Below are positions 1 through 12,700 of a stretch of DNA of 64,000 nucleotides, piece after piece. The position numbers and the translations under genes are program-made. The notes beneath the pieces are model-generated. The model had not been told where the DNA came from and did not search any database. It worked only from the letters and a program-made list of their open reading frames with translations. Numbering within the stretch: the first letter of the stretch is position 1; every line of letters begins with the position of its first letter. This DNA comes from Mobula hypostoma (lineage: Eukaryota), in contig NC_086108.1 of NCBI RefSeq assembly GCF_963921235.1, positions 68,078,001 through 68,142,000 on the forward strand, in the 5' to 3' direction.

Positions 1-1416
1 TACTTCCTCCACATTGCATTGAGGGTGGGGATGGGAACCCCAGCTCATGCTCCCCCAGGACCCCAGCTTTGAGCAGCACTGAAAACATTTCTTTATGGGA
101 CATGTAGGATCCCCCACTCAACATCTGCAATCCAACTTCCATACCCGGCTATGCGCTCCCTCTTCTACATACTCTAAACCTTATAATAATTGAATCGCTG
201 TACTTATAGAACGGCCAGCAGCTGGTGCTAGTAAAGACAGCAGTATTCCCTCAGGTGTAACCACATGTCTTATCAAACCAGAAGTTAATTCAACATCCTT
301 TGGTGGGCTAACACTATTCTGGTATAATTCTGTGATGAGATCCCACTCGCATAGAACTTTAGTATCCTCCTCTACTGCAGTCCATTCTGCTTGGAATTTT
401 AAATTCTGTTCAGAAAGAGCATGATACTTGAATTTAACCACTGCCATTACCAAATCCAATTGTGATACATAATGCTCAGGGGAAGCAAGTAGCATTCTCC
501 AGGCATTATTGATCAAGCATTAGGACTATAGGCTCTCTGAAGCACCCACCCATCTGTTTGATAGGCTCACTCCAGTACACCCCTCGTCCCACATCCTCAA
601 TAAACACACAGCAAAGATTCCCAGACTTTTGTCTGCAGCTGTCCCCTAAACTCGATAATTCCTTAGCGGGAACTCCCTGAGCTCTGTTGTCTCAAAGGTA
701 CCCACCTACCATCCCCCACACATTCCCGATCCCTCTTCCCGCACCACCCCCCCCCCCGAGAGGAAGAAGCTGCGGGTGTGGGAACACAGGATTTCCATAT
801 TATTTTGGATACGCAGGGGAGAGGGCGATCATTTTTAGAATTGAACCGAGTGGTCCACGATACCCTCTCTCCTTTATTTTCATTATCCACCCAGACATTC
901 CCATCCCCCAGCCCCACAGTAGGATCATCGCCCCACCTCATCATGGCTTGAACTTTAACAGGGTTGGGTTGCCAACCAGCTCGGGGCACAGCACCTAAGT
1001 GCTGTATCTTCATTAGCTGACGAGCTATTTCTATACTCTTATCCTCTAACTTCGCAGCTCGAGTCTGGGCCATCAGCAATGATTCTCTCAGAACAATACA
1101 GTGCTGATTGAGGCTCACAACCTTGTCCTTCACCATTTTATACTGATGCCTTACGATCACTGAAAACAGTCAGAAAGCATCCTGACAGCTATCCTTTCTC
1201 CTGGGATGACCCAGTGATTTAAATATGGAAACAAGGTGCTGTCCTATTTCAACCCCAGTGAAATCTAACTGGTCTGACCAACCTCCTGGCATCCCATAAT
1301 CTATCAGTAGGTTTAGCGAGACTTCCAAAGCCCTTTCTGTTATCTGTCCACTCTGGGACTCTGCTTCTCTCAGACAGGGCTCCCTCTCTTTTAAAGAATC
1401 TTTTAAAGAAATGCAT
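1..1416 (-). pseudogene. gag: Decayed gag of an ERV-L-like (class III) endogenous retrovirus; runs off the left edge
   Basis: Minus-strand translation across stops and frameshifts gives DAF*LFSVIVR, AQTRAAKLEDKSIEIARQLMKIQH, VKVQAMMRWGDDPTVGLGDGNVWVD, KELSSLGDSCRQKSG/IFAVCLLRMWDEG (580-650), WTAVEEDTKVLCEWDLITELY, PKDVELT and MSHKEMFSVLLKAGV. These are colinear with remembered MuERV-L/HERV-L Gag motifs (VKVRALIGKEWDP..WDGDVW; QKSGE..WILRVWDNG; PEDxPFT). Confidence 0.8.
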
Positions 1417-1434
1417 TTCTACTCAAGTAGCCAT

Positions 1435-1452
1435 ATCCTGCTGGCAGCACCA
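1435..1452 (-). promoter_or_regulatory. Primer-binding site, tRNA-Ser-like
   Basis: TGGTGCTGCCAGCAGGAT on the minus strand, 3 nt after the LTR-terminal CA. Resembles the complement of the vertebrate tRNA-Ser 3' end (TGGCGCTGTGAGCAGGAT, from memory). Confidence 0.7.
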
Positions 1453-1455
1453 AAA

Positions 1456-1841
1456 TGGAACGTTGAATCATCAGATTCACCTATCTGGAGACTTAGACAG
1501 AAAACACTGACTGTGAATAAGTACGTTAATCATTTCTTTACAACAGTAAATATTCAACCAAACATTCATGTTCCCCAACTTAGAGAAACTACAAAGCTGA
1601 ATATTCAACAAACATACTTAGTTAAGAGCACACACAGAGCATACATTCCCAATGGCTATGTGAACCGCCTGCCTGAAGGAAAGCAAGAGAAAGAAAGCCT
1701 CTTCCACTTGTTATTTTATACCTGAGGTATTTGAAACTGGGCACCAAGTGGTTTACCAATGGGAAAAGCAGTTGCAGTTTCTAAACTAACCAATCACGAC
1801 AGAAGTGACTCTCAACAATCAAAATAAGGCACTGACCCACA
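1456..1841 (-). mobile_element. 5' LTR of the provirus (about 386 bp)
   Basis: Minus strand runs TGTGGG...TTCCA. TATAAAA at 1714-1720, with CCAAT boxes upstream (about 1756 and 1791). Abuts the PBS on one side and CR1 sequence on the other. Confidence 0.75.
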
Positions 1842-1990
1842 GAACAATAGGTTCCTGATTAGTCAGGACATCACAGGTTATGGGGAGGAGGCAGGAGAGT
1901 GGAATTGAGACAGATAATAAATCAGACATAATGAAATGGCGGGGCAGACCCAATGGGCTGAATGGCCAAATTCTGCTCCTATCTCATACA
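1842..1990 (+). mobile_element. CR1 LINE 3' end, cut off on the left by the provirus
   Basis: ttcctgattagtcagg...ggctgaatggccaaattctgctcct matches the 3' ends of the CR1 copies at 9470-9618 and 27530-27680. Confidence 0.8.
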
Positions 1991-1999
1991 ATTTAAGAC

Positions 2000-2410
2000 A
2001 CGGGGTCGCCTGTTGCAGCCACCCAGTGGAGACACTGAAGGCTGTATGGGTGACAGCAGAGGTGCAGGTGTGCTGGAGTCCATGCTGGCTGAGGACTGGC
2101 CTCCTGTCAGAGCTGCTCTCCAGTGTTCGCATGGTGGAAGACAAGCTGGATTACGTTCCTCTGCAGCTGCTGCCAGCTTCTTCCTGCCAACAACATCCAG
2201 GCACCATCAATCTACAGGAAATGACACTCGGGGACTTGGGCTGTATTTTTTTGTGTGACTGAATGTTTACTGCTATCTTATATCTGCTATATGGCTCCTG
2301 AGCTGTGTGTAACTGTTGGTACAGTGCTTTGCACTTTGGCCTCAAGGGAATGCTGATACATTTGGCTGTATTCATTTATTGTTGAAATACAACTAAACTT
2401 TAACTTGAAT
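2000..2410 (+). mobile_element. Short internally deleted Rex1/L2-group element (endonuclease start joined to a 3' tail)
   Basis: LLSSVRMVEDKLDYVPLQL resembles the APE N-terminal motif LLANVRSLENKLDEL. It is followed within about 100 bp by a 3' tail ending aactaaacttttaacttgaat. Confidence 0.5.
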
Positions 2411-3204
2411 GTGAAGTTGAACAAACTATTACTTTTCAAAATTGGTGTAATCATCAAAACAGAACATTGGGATTAAATTTTATCCTTCTTAGAAAATTAA
2501 ACCATATTTTTCCATGTTACACATTGAAGCTACATAACCAAGAGATTAGAAGTCTACATCTTTTTCTAAGGATAAAGGACAAGAAAAGAATACGGAGGAA
2601 CGTGAAATGGTTTACGAAAAAAATCATTCATCAACGAATAATAGTCTGGAAAGCTGATCTCACAAAATAATCTTATAATCATCTTGCTTCTACACCTATT
2701 TCATTTCAAGATGTTGAATCAAATCACTCCTTGCCTTCATTACCATTCCCACATGCTTTGCATCATAATTAGCGATTAAACATCCTTTTAAACAATAAAA
2801 CAGGGCTTTGAGGGCCAGCTAGATATTTTACTGTTTGAAGCTCATATTTTGCGACAATTTTGGCTTACAAAGATGCCATAGGGTGTGTATTGTTAATTTC
2901 TTCTTTTTTTTTGCTCCTTGTATGTGCCATCTCAATGAAATGCTTAAAAATATTATTTATGAGGCATTGTTCTTCAGTACAAACCTTATGATTTGCCAGT
3001 GGTAGGTGCACTGTTGCTGCATGGTAAACAGTATTATTGCTGCTAGCAAGCACTTCAATGTCCGTGAATGGATAAGGACACATGTCGCGTCACTATGTTT
3101 TGGCAGATTTTGCCCTTTAGTTTTAGACCCCATATCAGGTTGGTATGTTTTGATTGTTGCCCATAATCAAAGGTTCAAAGAGACTTTGGAGTCCAAGGCA
3201 GGAT

Positions 3205-4990
3205 TTTGTAAAGGTTAACTTGCAGGCTATCAAGAAAGACAAATGCAATGTTAGCATTCATTTTGAGATGACTACAATACAAAAGCAAGAATATAATGCT
3301 GAGGCATTATTTGGTGTTGGTCAGACCACATTTGGAATATTGGGTCCGTATCTAAAGAAGGATGTGCTGGTGTTGGGGGGGTTCAGAGGAGGTTTACAAA
3401 TTCAATCTCAAGAATAAAAGGGTTAAGATATAAGGAGCAAGAAAGTAAAATGGCAAGCTAACCTCGCTAGCTGTACCTTACAGAGTCTGTCAGTGGATTA
3501 CGAACTTCCGTACAGCGAGGAAGCAGTATGTAAGGCTGTGCTCTTATTTGTCCATCCAGTTTCTACAGAGCACAGGCTCTCCCTAAGGTAGTGTTTTTTC
3601 ACCCTCCTGTTCTCACTTTATACAAATGACTATACCTCCACAGTTAAATAGAAATCCATTTAAATCCTCAAGTTCACGGATGACATGACTGTAATTGGTC
3701 TCATTTCTAGTAATGATGTGACCTGCAATCAAAGAGAGGTAAACTGTCTTGTAACATGGTGTGCTCATAGCAATGTGGAGCTTAATACGATCACTATCAA
3801 GACAGTGGAAACTGGATTGACTTCTAACAACCCCATACCTGCTCTCTCTCCGACTTGGAAATTAATGGTTTGGCTGTGTCTGTGGTCAAGTTATCCAACT
3901 CCTAGGGACTATCATGACCAATACGTTGAAGTGGGACATGCATCTGATGCTCATCACTAGGAAAGCCCAGCAGAGATTGTTCTTCCTACACCAGCTTCGG
4001 AAATTTAACATCTCAGGGTGTACCCTCATGATTTTTTTTTAACTCAGTTGTCATTGAGAATGCTGTGACCACCTCTATCACTATTTGGGTTCCCACTGCC
4101 TCTTCACTCCCCAAGTCCAGGCTGCAGTGAGTGGTCCACACTGTGGAGAGGATCACTGGCTGTCAGCTGCTGACATTAAAAGACCTGTTCACTTCCAGAG
4201 TGAAGAAAAGGGCTGGAAAAATAACTGCTGACTTTACTCACCCTTGCAGGCACCTATGCACCAAATTGCCATCAGGGACACACTCCAAGTCCATCACCAC
4301 CAGGACACGACCACAAGGATCTCCAAAGCTTCTTTCCTGGGGCTATCCAGCTTTTCAACAAAGCCCAAGCTGTTCCTGCACAATATCTATTAAGTGGTCT
4401 TTCCTGTTCTCATTATTCTGTTGATGATTATTGAGTCTGTTCATATGTTCACATTTATTTAAAATGATTATTGGTGTTTTTGGATGTGACCATTCTGCTA
4501 ATTGTTGATTGCTCATGACTGTTTGCACTATTATCTTGTAAATTGTTGGTGGCTATTGTGTTGTCTGTCATGGGATGGTATGTGTCATATACTAGCATTA
4601 AAGTGATTCTGATTCTGAGAGTTTGATGGTTCTGGGCCTAAATAGAATGGGCAGAATGAAAATGTTTCGAGCAGTAGGACTGTCTGGAACCAGAGGGTAC
4701 AGCCTCAGGATTAAAGGATGACACATTAGAACAGAGATGAGAAGGAATTGCTTTAGCCAGAAGGTGGCAAATCTGTGGGATTCAATGCCACAGATGGTTG
4801 TGAAGGCCAAGTTTTTTAGCATATTGAATGAGCAGGTTGATAGGTTTTGATTAGTAAGGGCATCAAATGCTAGGGGGAGAAGGCAGGAGAATGGGGTTGA
4901 GATGGAAAAGTAAATCATCCACGATTGAATGACCGAGCAGAATTGATGAGCTCAATGGCTTAATTCTGCTCATACATTATGCCAATGGCC
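3205..4990 (+). mobile_element. Old CR1 3' part, split by the insertion at 3440-4618
   Basis: CR1 text stops at gggttaagatataaggagc (about 3438) and resumes at tttgatggttctgggcct (about 4622), as in the uninterrupted copy near 27230-27260. Confidence 0.75.
3440..4618 (+). mobile_element. Rex1/Babar-type LINE fragment (RT region and 3' tail)
   Basis: LKFTDDMTVIGLI at about 3667-3705 and KAQQRLFFLHQLRKF at about 3961. Ends in attaaagt(gattct)2. Confidence 0.75.
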
Positions 4991-5997
4991 ATTATTACTT
5001 CCTGGATAGACCCCCTTTTCTGATTCCTGGAATACAGTCTTCTATTCTGTACCCACAATTATTTTTATCATTTGACATTTTCTTTTTTTTAGTATACTAT
5101 GGGTCAGTCAATCAATTTATCTTAGAGCTCAAAGTGTCCTTTTATTTACAATTATCTTCTGAATCCACCAAAATCTTTACTTATCAATCTGAAGTTCTGA
5201 ATCGATTGTGCATTCAAAGTGCCAATGTCTCTAAATCAAAGATTTAGAAAATCTGTATTTCTGTTTCTTTTAAAAATTTGAAGTTAGTCCATCATTTACT
5301 TAAAAGGAAACTTTGAAGTATCTTATCATCTACTGTCTTTTATAATAACTATGTGGCTCTAACATATTGAAATTTAGTTATTTCTAAAATGATTGCACTT
5401 TACTATCACAACTTCAAACTAAGCCTCTTCAATCACTGTTCATGTTGGCAACATCCTGTGCTTTGGAAGTTAATTGCTGCAAATGAAGCAGCACAAAAAT
5501 GATATAGAAATGTATTGATTGCACTAATAGTCTATTAGCAAAGTCAACTAGCTCTTAAATGACTTCTGGTATCTTAACAAGCAACCTACAGTTTAATATA
5601 ATACGGAATACACTGTTAGCTGCTTTCGGGAACACTTAAATACAAAACACTAACTGTACTATCATTCTGGCGTAGCTAGAATGAGCACTTTAGTTTTTCA
5701 AGACACTAAAGTTCTAATATCCTAGCAATGTTAATAAGCAATCTTATTATTTTCAGATCAATTTACCCATGTACAGCAAAAGTTATGTAGCAGATATAGA
5801 AATTCTGCTTCAGATGAATCCAATGTTATCTAAATTTTACATGTTATCTTTACATCAAAAGTCAACTAATTTATATTTTATACTTGTTTTCATGTCTTAT
5901 TTCTATCTGGACATAGACATTACACTGCAGAATGGAATAAAAGTTAAACCATGTGATGTGATGTTAATTAGGTGTACTTAACCTCACTGTATCACCT

Positions 5998-8900
5998 CCA
6001 GAGAACCAGGACTTCTGTGCAAAAATTTAGACTAGGATAAATGGGTAACTGTCAGGATAGGGAATGGGGAATGTCAGATAATGGAGACCACCCCTGTGGC
6101 CACCCCCCTCAACAATAAGTACTCCATTTTGCATACTGTTGGAGTTGGGGGGTGGGGAAGGGATCTACCTGGGGGAAGCACTAGTGGCTGCACCTCTGGC
6201 ACTGAGTCTGGCCCCGTGGATCAGAAGGGTAGGGAACGGAAGAGGATGGCAGCAGTAATAGGGGACTCTATAGTTAGGGGGACAGATAGGCAATTCTGTG
6301 GACACAAAAAAGAAACACAGACGGTAGTTTGCCTCCCAGGTGCCAGGGCCCGTGATGTTTCTGAACTCGTCCACAATATCCTGAAAAGGGAAGGTGAGCA
6401 GCCAGAAGTCGTGATACATAGTGGTACTAATGACGTAAGTAGAAAAATGGAGGAGATCCTGAAAACAGAATAGAGGGATTCAGGAAGGAAGCTAAGAAGC
6501 AGGACCTCAAGGATAGTAATCTTGGGATTGCTGCCTGTGCTATGCCAAAGTGAGGTTAGGAATAGAATGAGGTGGTAGATAAATGGGTGGCTGAAGAATG
6601 GGATCAGGGAGCAGGGATTCAGATTTCTGGATAATTGGGACCTTTTCTGGAGCAGATGGGACGTGTACAAAAAGAATATGTTGCACTTGAATCTGAGGGG
6701 GGGGGCCAATATTCTTGTGGGCGGGTTTACTAGAGCTGTTGGGAATGGTTTAAACTAATATGGCGGGGGATGGGAACCAGTATGATAGAGCTGAGGATGA
6801 GCCAGCAGGTTTACAAGTAGATGGGTGTAACATGAATATAAGGAAGGTCAAGCCAATGATTGGGTACAAATGCAGAGAGAGCAAAGAGGTAAATTGTACC
6901 ACAAAGTCAAAATTCAAAAGGGCGAAGAATGCAGGATTGAAGGTGCTGTATATAAATGCATATAGCATTCGGAATAAGGTGAACAAATTTGTGACACAAT
7001 TAGAGATTAGTTGTGCCACAAAGGACAGGCAGGAAGGCATAGGCAGTGGTGTGGCTCTGTTGGTATGAGTTGGAATTACATCTTTAGAGAGAGGTGACAT
7101 AGAGTCAGAGAATGTTGAATCTTTGTGGGTGGAGATAAGAAACTGCAAAATTTTTTTTTAAGTGGGAATCATAAGTAGGCCTACAAATAGTAGCCATGAT
7201 GTGAGGCTGACATTGCAAAGGAAGCTGGAAAGGGCATGTAATAAGGGTAGTGACACAATTGTAATGGAGGACTTCAATATGCAAGGGGATTGGGAAAATC
7301 AGATTGGTGTCAGATCGCTAGAGAGGGAATTTGTTAAATGCCTATGAGATGGCTTTTTCGAACAGCTTGTGCTTGAGCCTACTCGGGCAAAGGCTACCTT
7401 AGATTAGGTTTTGTGTAATAACCCAGATCTTATTAGGGAGCTTAGCGTAAAGGAACCCTTCGGAGGCTTTGATCATAATATGATTGAATTCATAAGGCAA
7501 CTTGAGAGGGAGAAGCACAAGTCACAGGTATCAGTATCGCAATGGAATAAGGGGAATTACAGAGGCATGAGAGAGGAGCTTGCCCAGGTGGATTGGAGGA
7601 GGATACTGGCAGGGATGATGGCAGAAGTTCCTGGGAATAGTTCACAAGGTGCAGGATAGCTATGTCCTACAGAAGTTGTTGTTCTCAAATGGCAGATGTA
7701 GGCAACCGTGGCTGACAAGGGATGTTAAGGATTGCATAAATGCCAAAGAAAGGAGATATAATATAGCAAAAATGAGTGGGAAGTTGGATGATTGGGAAGC
7801 TTTTAAAATCCAACAACAGGCAACTAAAAAAGCTATAAGAAAGGAGAAGATGAAATATGAGGGCAAACTAGCCGATAATATAAAGCAAGATGCTAATTTT
7901 TTTTCAGTTATATAAAGAGTGAAAGGGAGGTCAGAGCCGATATTGGACCACTGGAAAATGATGCTGGTGAGGTAGTAATAGGGGACAAAAAAAATGGCAG
8001 ATGAACATAATGGGTACTTTGCATCAGTCTTCACTGTGGAAGACACTAGCAGTGCCCCAGAGGTCTGTGACTGTCAGGGAGCAGGAGTGAGTGCCATTGT
8101 TATTACAAAGGAAATAGTGCTAGGCAATTTCAAAGGTCTTAAGGTAGATAAGTCACCTGGACCAGATGGACTACATCCCAGAGTTCTGAGAGAGGTTACT
8201 GAAGAGATCACAGATGCATTGGTCATGATCTTTTAAGAATCACTTGATTCTGGCATGGTCCCAGAAGACTGGAAGATTGCAAATGCCACTCCAGTCTTTA
8301 AGAAGGGAGGATGGCAAAAGAAAGGAAAATCTAGGCCAATTAGCCTAACCTCAGTGGTTGGGAAAATGTTGGAGTCTGTTATTAAGGACTAGGTTCCAGT
8401 GTAATCTTGCCTGACAGATCTGTAAGAGTTCTTCGAGGAAGTAACAAGCAGGGTGGACAAAGGAGAGGCAGTGGTGTCAATAACTTGAATTTTCAAAAGG
8501 CATCTGATAAGGTGCTTAACAAGATAAAATCCTATGGCGTTACAGGAGAGATACTAGCATGGAAAGAGGAGTGACTGACAGGCAGGAGGCTGTGAGTGGG
8601 AATAAAAAGGGCCTTTTCTGGTTGGCTTCTGGTAACTAGTGGTGTTCCTCAGGGGTCAGTATTGGGACCGCCACTTTTCACATTGTTTGTCAATGATTTA
8701 GATAGTGGAATTGATGGCTTTGTGGCCAAGTTTGCAGATGATATGAAGATAAGTGAAGGGGTTGGTAGTACTAAGGAAGCAATGCGATTGCAGCAGGACT
8801 TAGACAAATTGGAAGAATGGGCAAAAATGTTGCAGATGGAATACAATGTTAGGAAATGTATGATCCTGCATCTTACTAAAAGGAACAATAGTGTGGACTA

Positions 8901-9618
8901 TTATCCAACTGGGGAGAATGTTCAAACATCAGAGGTGCATAGGGAGTTAAGAGTGCTTATGCAAGACTCCCAGAAGGTTAACTTACAGGTTGAGTCTGTG
9001 GTAAAGAAGGCAAATGTAATGTTGGCAGTTATTTCAAGGGGAATAGAATTTGCAAGGAGTTAATGCCAAAGCCACAATTGGAGTATTGTTTAACAGTTTT
9101 GGACCCCATATCTCAGAAAGGATGTGTTGTCATTGGAGAGAGTCCAGAGGAGGTTCACAAGGATGATTCTGGTAATAAAGGGGTTAACATGTGAGGAGCT
9201 TTTGGCAGTTTTTGGCCTGTGCTCACTGGAATTTGTGGGGGGATCTCATTGAATCCTTCCAAATGTTGAAAAGACTAGATAGGGTGGATGCTTCCAATGG
9301 TGGGGTTATCCGGAACTAGAGGGCACAGCCTCAAACTTGAGGGCTGACCTTTTAGAACAGAGGTAAGGAGGAATATTTTTTAGCCAGAGAGTAGTGAATC
9401 TGTGGAATGTTCTGCCACACACTGCAGTGGAAGCCAGGTCCATGGGTCTATTTAAGGTAGAAGTTGATAGATTCCTGATCGGTCAGGGCATCAAACGATA
9501 TGGCGAGAAGCCAGGTGTATGGGGTTGAGTGGGATCTGGGATCAGCCATGATGGAATGGTGGAGCCCACTTGATGGGTTATATGGCCTAATTCTGCGCCT
9601 AGGCGTTATGGTCCTATA
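5998..9618 (+). mobile_element. Long decayed CR1 LINE (ORF1 SGNH esterase, ORF2 APE and RT, 3' UTR)
   Basis: ORF1 VIGDSIVRG...VCLPGARARD...GTND (6081-6473). ORF2 LKVLYINAYSIRNK, KSPGPDGLHPRVL, SGVPQGSVLGP, KFADDMK. Many stops and frameshifts. Confidence 0.93.
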
Positions 9619-9799
9619 ACAAAGCTCATAGTAATTACAATCTTGTCCCTTGTGTGTGCACACAGTATATGTTAGCAAAGTGAATCCAGAGGCTTATACA
9701 AGATACTTTTCTGGGATGTGTAATATCATTGATATAAAGCCTTTTGTATGTTCAAGAATTCCAAATAGTGTGGATCACTTAGACTGAATCAGGCATGAT

Positions 9800-12700
9800 C
9801 TAGAGTCAAAGTTCGAAGTAAATTTATTATCAAAGTACATATGTGACACCATATACAACCCTGGGATTCACTTTCTTGTGGCCATACTCAATATATCTTA
9901 GAATTATAACCACAACAAGAGTGTAGAAGACAGCAAACTGTGCAAGTGAAAATAGAAAGAAATAAAAATAAAAAATAAAAGCAATAAATATCAAGAATGT
10001 TGGATGTGAGTCCATTTGTTATGGGAGCATCTCAATAATGGAATTGAATTGACTTTATTTCTTACATCCTTCACATACATGAGTAAAAATTTTTACATTA
10101 TGTCTCCATCTAAATGTGTCATGTGCAATCATAGTAATTTATAATAATTTATAATAAATAGAACAGTCAATGTAACATAGAAATACACTCAAATCAGTGT
10201 GAGTTAATCAATCTGATGGCCCTGCTGGAAGAAGCTGTCCTGGAACCTGTTGGTCCTGGCTTTTGTGCTGCAGTACCGTTTCCCAAATGGTAGTAGCTGC
10301 AATAGATTGTGGCTGGTGTGACCTGGGTCCCCAGTGATCCTTCGGGCCCTTTTCTCACACCTGTCTTTGTAAATGTCCTGAATCATGGAAAGTTCACAAC
10401 TACAGATAGGTTGGGCTGTCTGCACCACTCTCTGCAGAATCCTGCGATTAAGGGAGGTACAGTTCCCATACCCGGCAGTGATGCAGCCAGTCAGGCTGCT
10501 CTCAATTGTGCCCCTGTAGAAATTTCTTAGGATTTGGGGGCCCATACCAAACTTCCTCAACTGTCTGGGGTGAAAGAGGTGCTGTTGTGCCTTTCCCACC
10601 ACACAGCTGGTGTGTACAGACCACGCGAGGTCCTTGGTGATGTGGATGCCAAGGAACTTAAAGCTGTTTACCCTCTCAACCCCAGATCCATTGATGTCAA
10701 TAGGGGTTAGCCCATCTCCATTCCTCTGAAATCCACAACCAGCTCCTTTGTTTTTGTGACATTGAGGGAGAAGTTACTTTCTTGACACCACTATGTCAGA
10801 GAGATGACTTCTTCCCTGTAGGCCACCTCGTTATTGTTTGAGATTAGGCCAATCAATGTAGTATCATTGGCAAATTTAACTAACAGATTAGAGCTGCGGG
10901 TGGCGACACAGTTATGGGAAAACAGGGAGTAAAGGAGGGGACCTAGTACACAGTCCTGAGGGGCTCCTGTGTTGAGGGTCAGAGGGGTGGAGGTGAGGGA
11001 GCCACTCTTACCACCTACCAGTGATCTGACAGGAAGTCCAGGATCCAGCTGCACAAGGCAGGGTCAAGGCCAAGGTCTGTGAGCTTCCAGTCGAGCTTGG
11101 AAGGAATTTTGGTTTTGAATGCCGAATTGTAGTCCAAGAATAGCATTCTCATATAAGCATCCTTCTTCTCCAGATGTGTAAGGACGGTGTGTAGAGCAGT
11201 AGCTACTGCGTCGTCTGTCTATCGGTTGTGTTGGTAGGCGAATTGTAGGGGGTCCAGTTTGGGTGGCAGCATGCTGTAGATGTAATCCTTGCCCAATCTC
11301 TCAAAGCATTTGCTTATTATTGAGGTGAATGTGACAGGACACCAGTTGTTCAGGCATATTACTTTGATCTTTTTTGGTACAGGGACAATGGTGGATAATT
11401 TGAAGCAGGAGGGCACTCTACACAGGGAGAGGGAGAGATTAAAAATGTCTGTAAACACATCCTGAGTACTCACCCTGGGATGCTGTCCGGTCCCACAGTC
11501 CTGCGACTGTCCACTGATTTGAAACATCTGCATACCTCAGCCTCAGAGATGACCAGGTTGCAGGTTGTAGCAGTGGCTTTCCTTGGAGGCTCAGAGTTAG
11601 CGACATTGAACTGAGCGTAAGAGCGATTGAGCTCATCTGGGAGAGAGGCCACAATGTTGGCAGCACCACAACATTTGGCTTTGAAATCTGCAATGGTATG
11701 CAACCCTCGCCACAAGTCACATGTGCTATTCGTTGTGAATCTTGATTCAATCTTGTCCCTATATTATTTCACAGCCTTGATAGCTTTCTGCAGATCTTAG
11801 CTGCTTTCCTTGAGCTCCAACTGATTGCCGGCAATGTAAGCTCTATGTCGCATGGTAAGTACTGCTCGCACAGAACTATTGATCCAGGCTTTCTGGTTCG
11901 ACAAGACCCTGACTGACTTCTGGAGGACATCTTCTATGCACTTCTGGATGAAGCACATGAATCCATCCATGAACTCAGAGAGTTCATCGTGGAAGACATT
12001 CCAGTCAATGTCATCAAAGCAGTCCTGCAGCATGCAGGCTGATTGGTCGGACCAACAGTGGACGGTTTTAACTATGGCCACCTTTTGTTTCAGCTTCTGC
12101 CTGTACGTCGGCAAAAGCAGGATCGAAGAGTGATCTGATTATCCAAAATCTGGGCGAAGGAAAGCTTTGTAAGCATTGCGGAAGGGAGTGTAATAGTGGT
12201 TAAGTGTGTTATCTCCACGAATGCTCACTTGGATGTGCTAACAAAACTTCAGAGAGACTTTCGTCAGCGACGCTCGATTAAAGACACCGGTGACAGTGAA
12301 GGCAGCCTCTGGGTGTGCAGTCTCCAGCGTGTTGATGGTCTCGTACAGTTCCGTGAGAGCCAGGTCAGCATCAGCCTGCGGCGGAATGTACACCGCTGTG
12401 ATTATAACAGCCGTGAACTCCCTAGGCAGCCAGTAGGGTCTGCACAGCAACACCAGGTACTCCACATCCGGGAAAAAAAAAGATTTGAGGGTATGCACTT
12501 TCTGGGTGTCGCACCAAGCATTGTTGGCCATAAAGCAGCCCCCTCCTCTTTTACAGTTCCCGGAGAGGTTTTTTGACCTGTCCGCCTGGAACAGGGAGAA
12601 CCCAAAGGGCTCGTTAGTGTGGTCTAGTATCTCCTCCATCAGCCAGGTCTCCACAAAGTACAAAATGTTACATTCCTTTGTTTGGAGCAAGTGAAGTTGA

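Noticed and set aside
1411..1725. 104-aa plus-strand ORF
   Set aside because: Antisense to the PBS and LTR; no recognisable motif.
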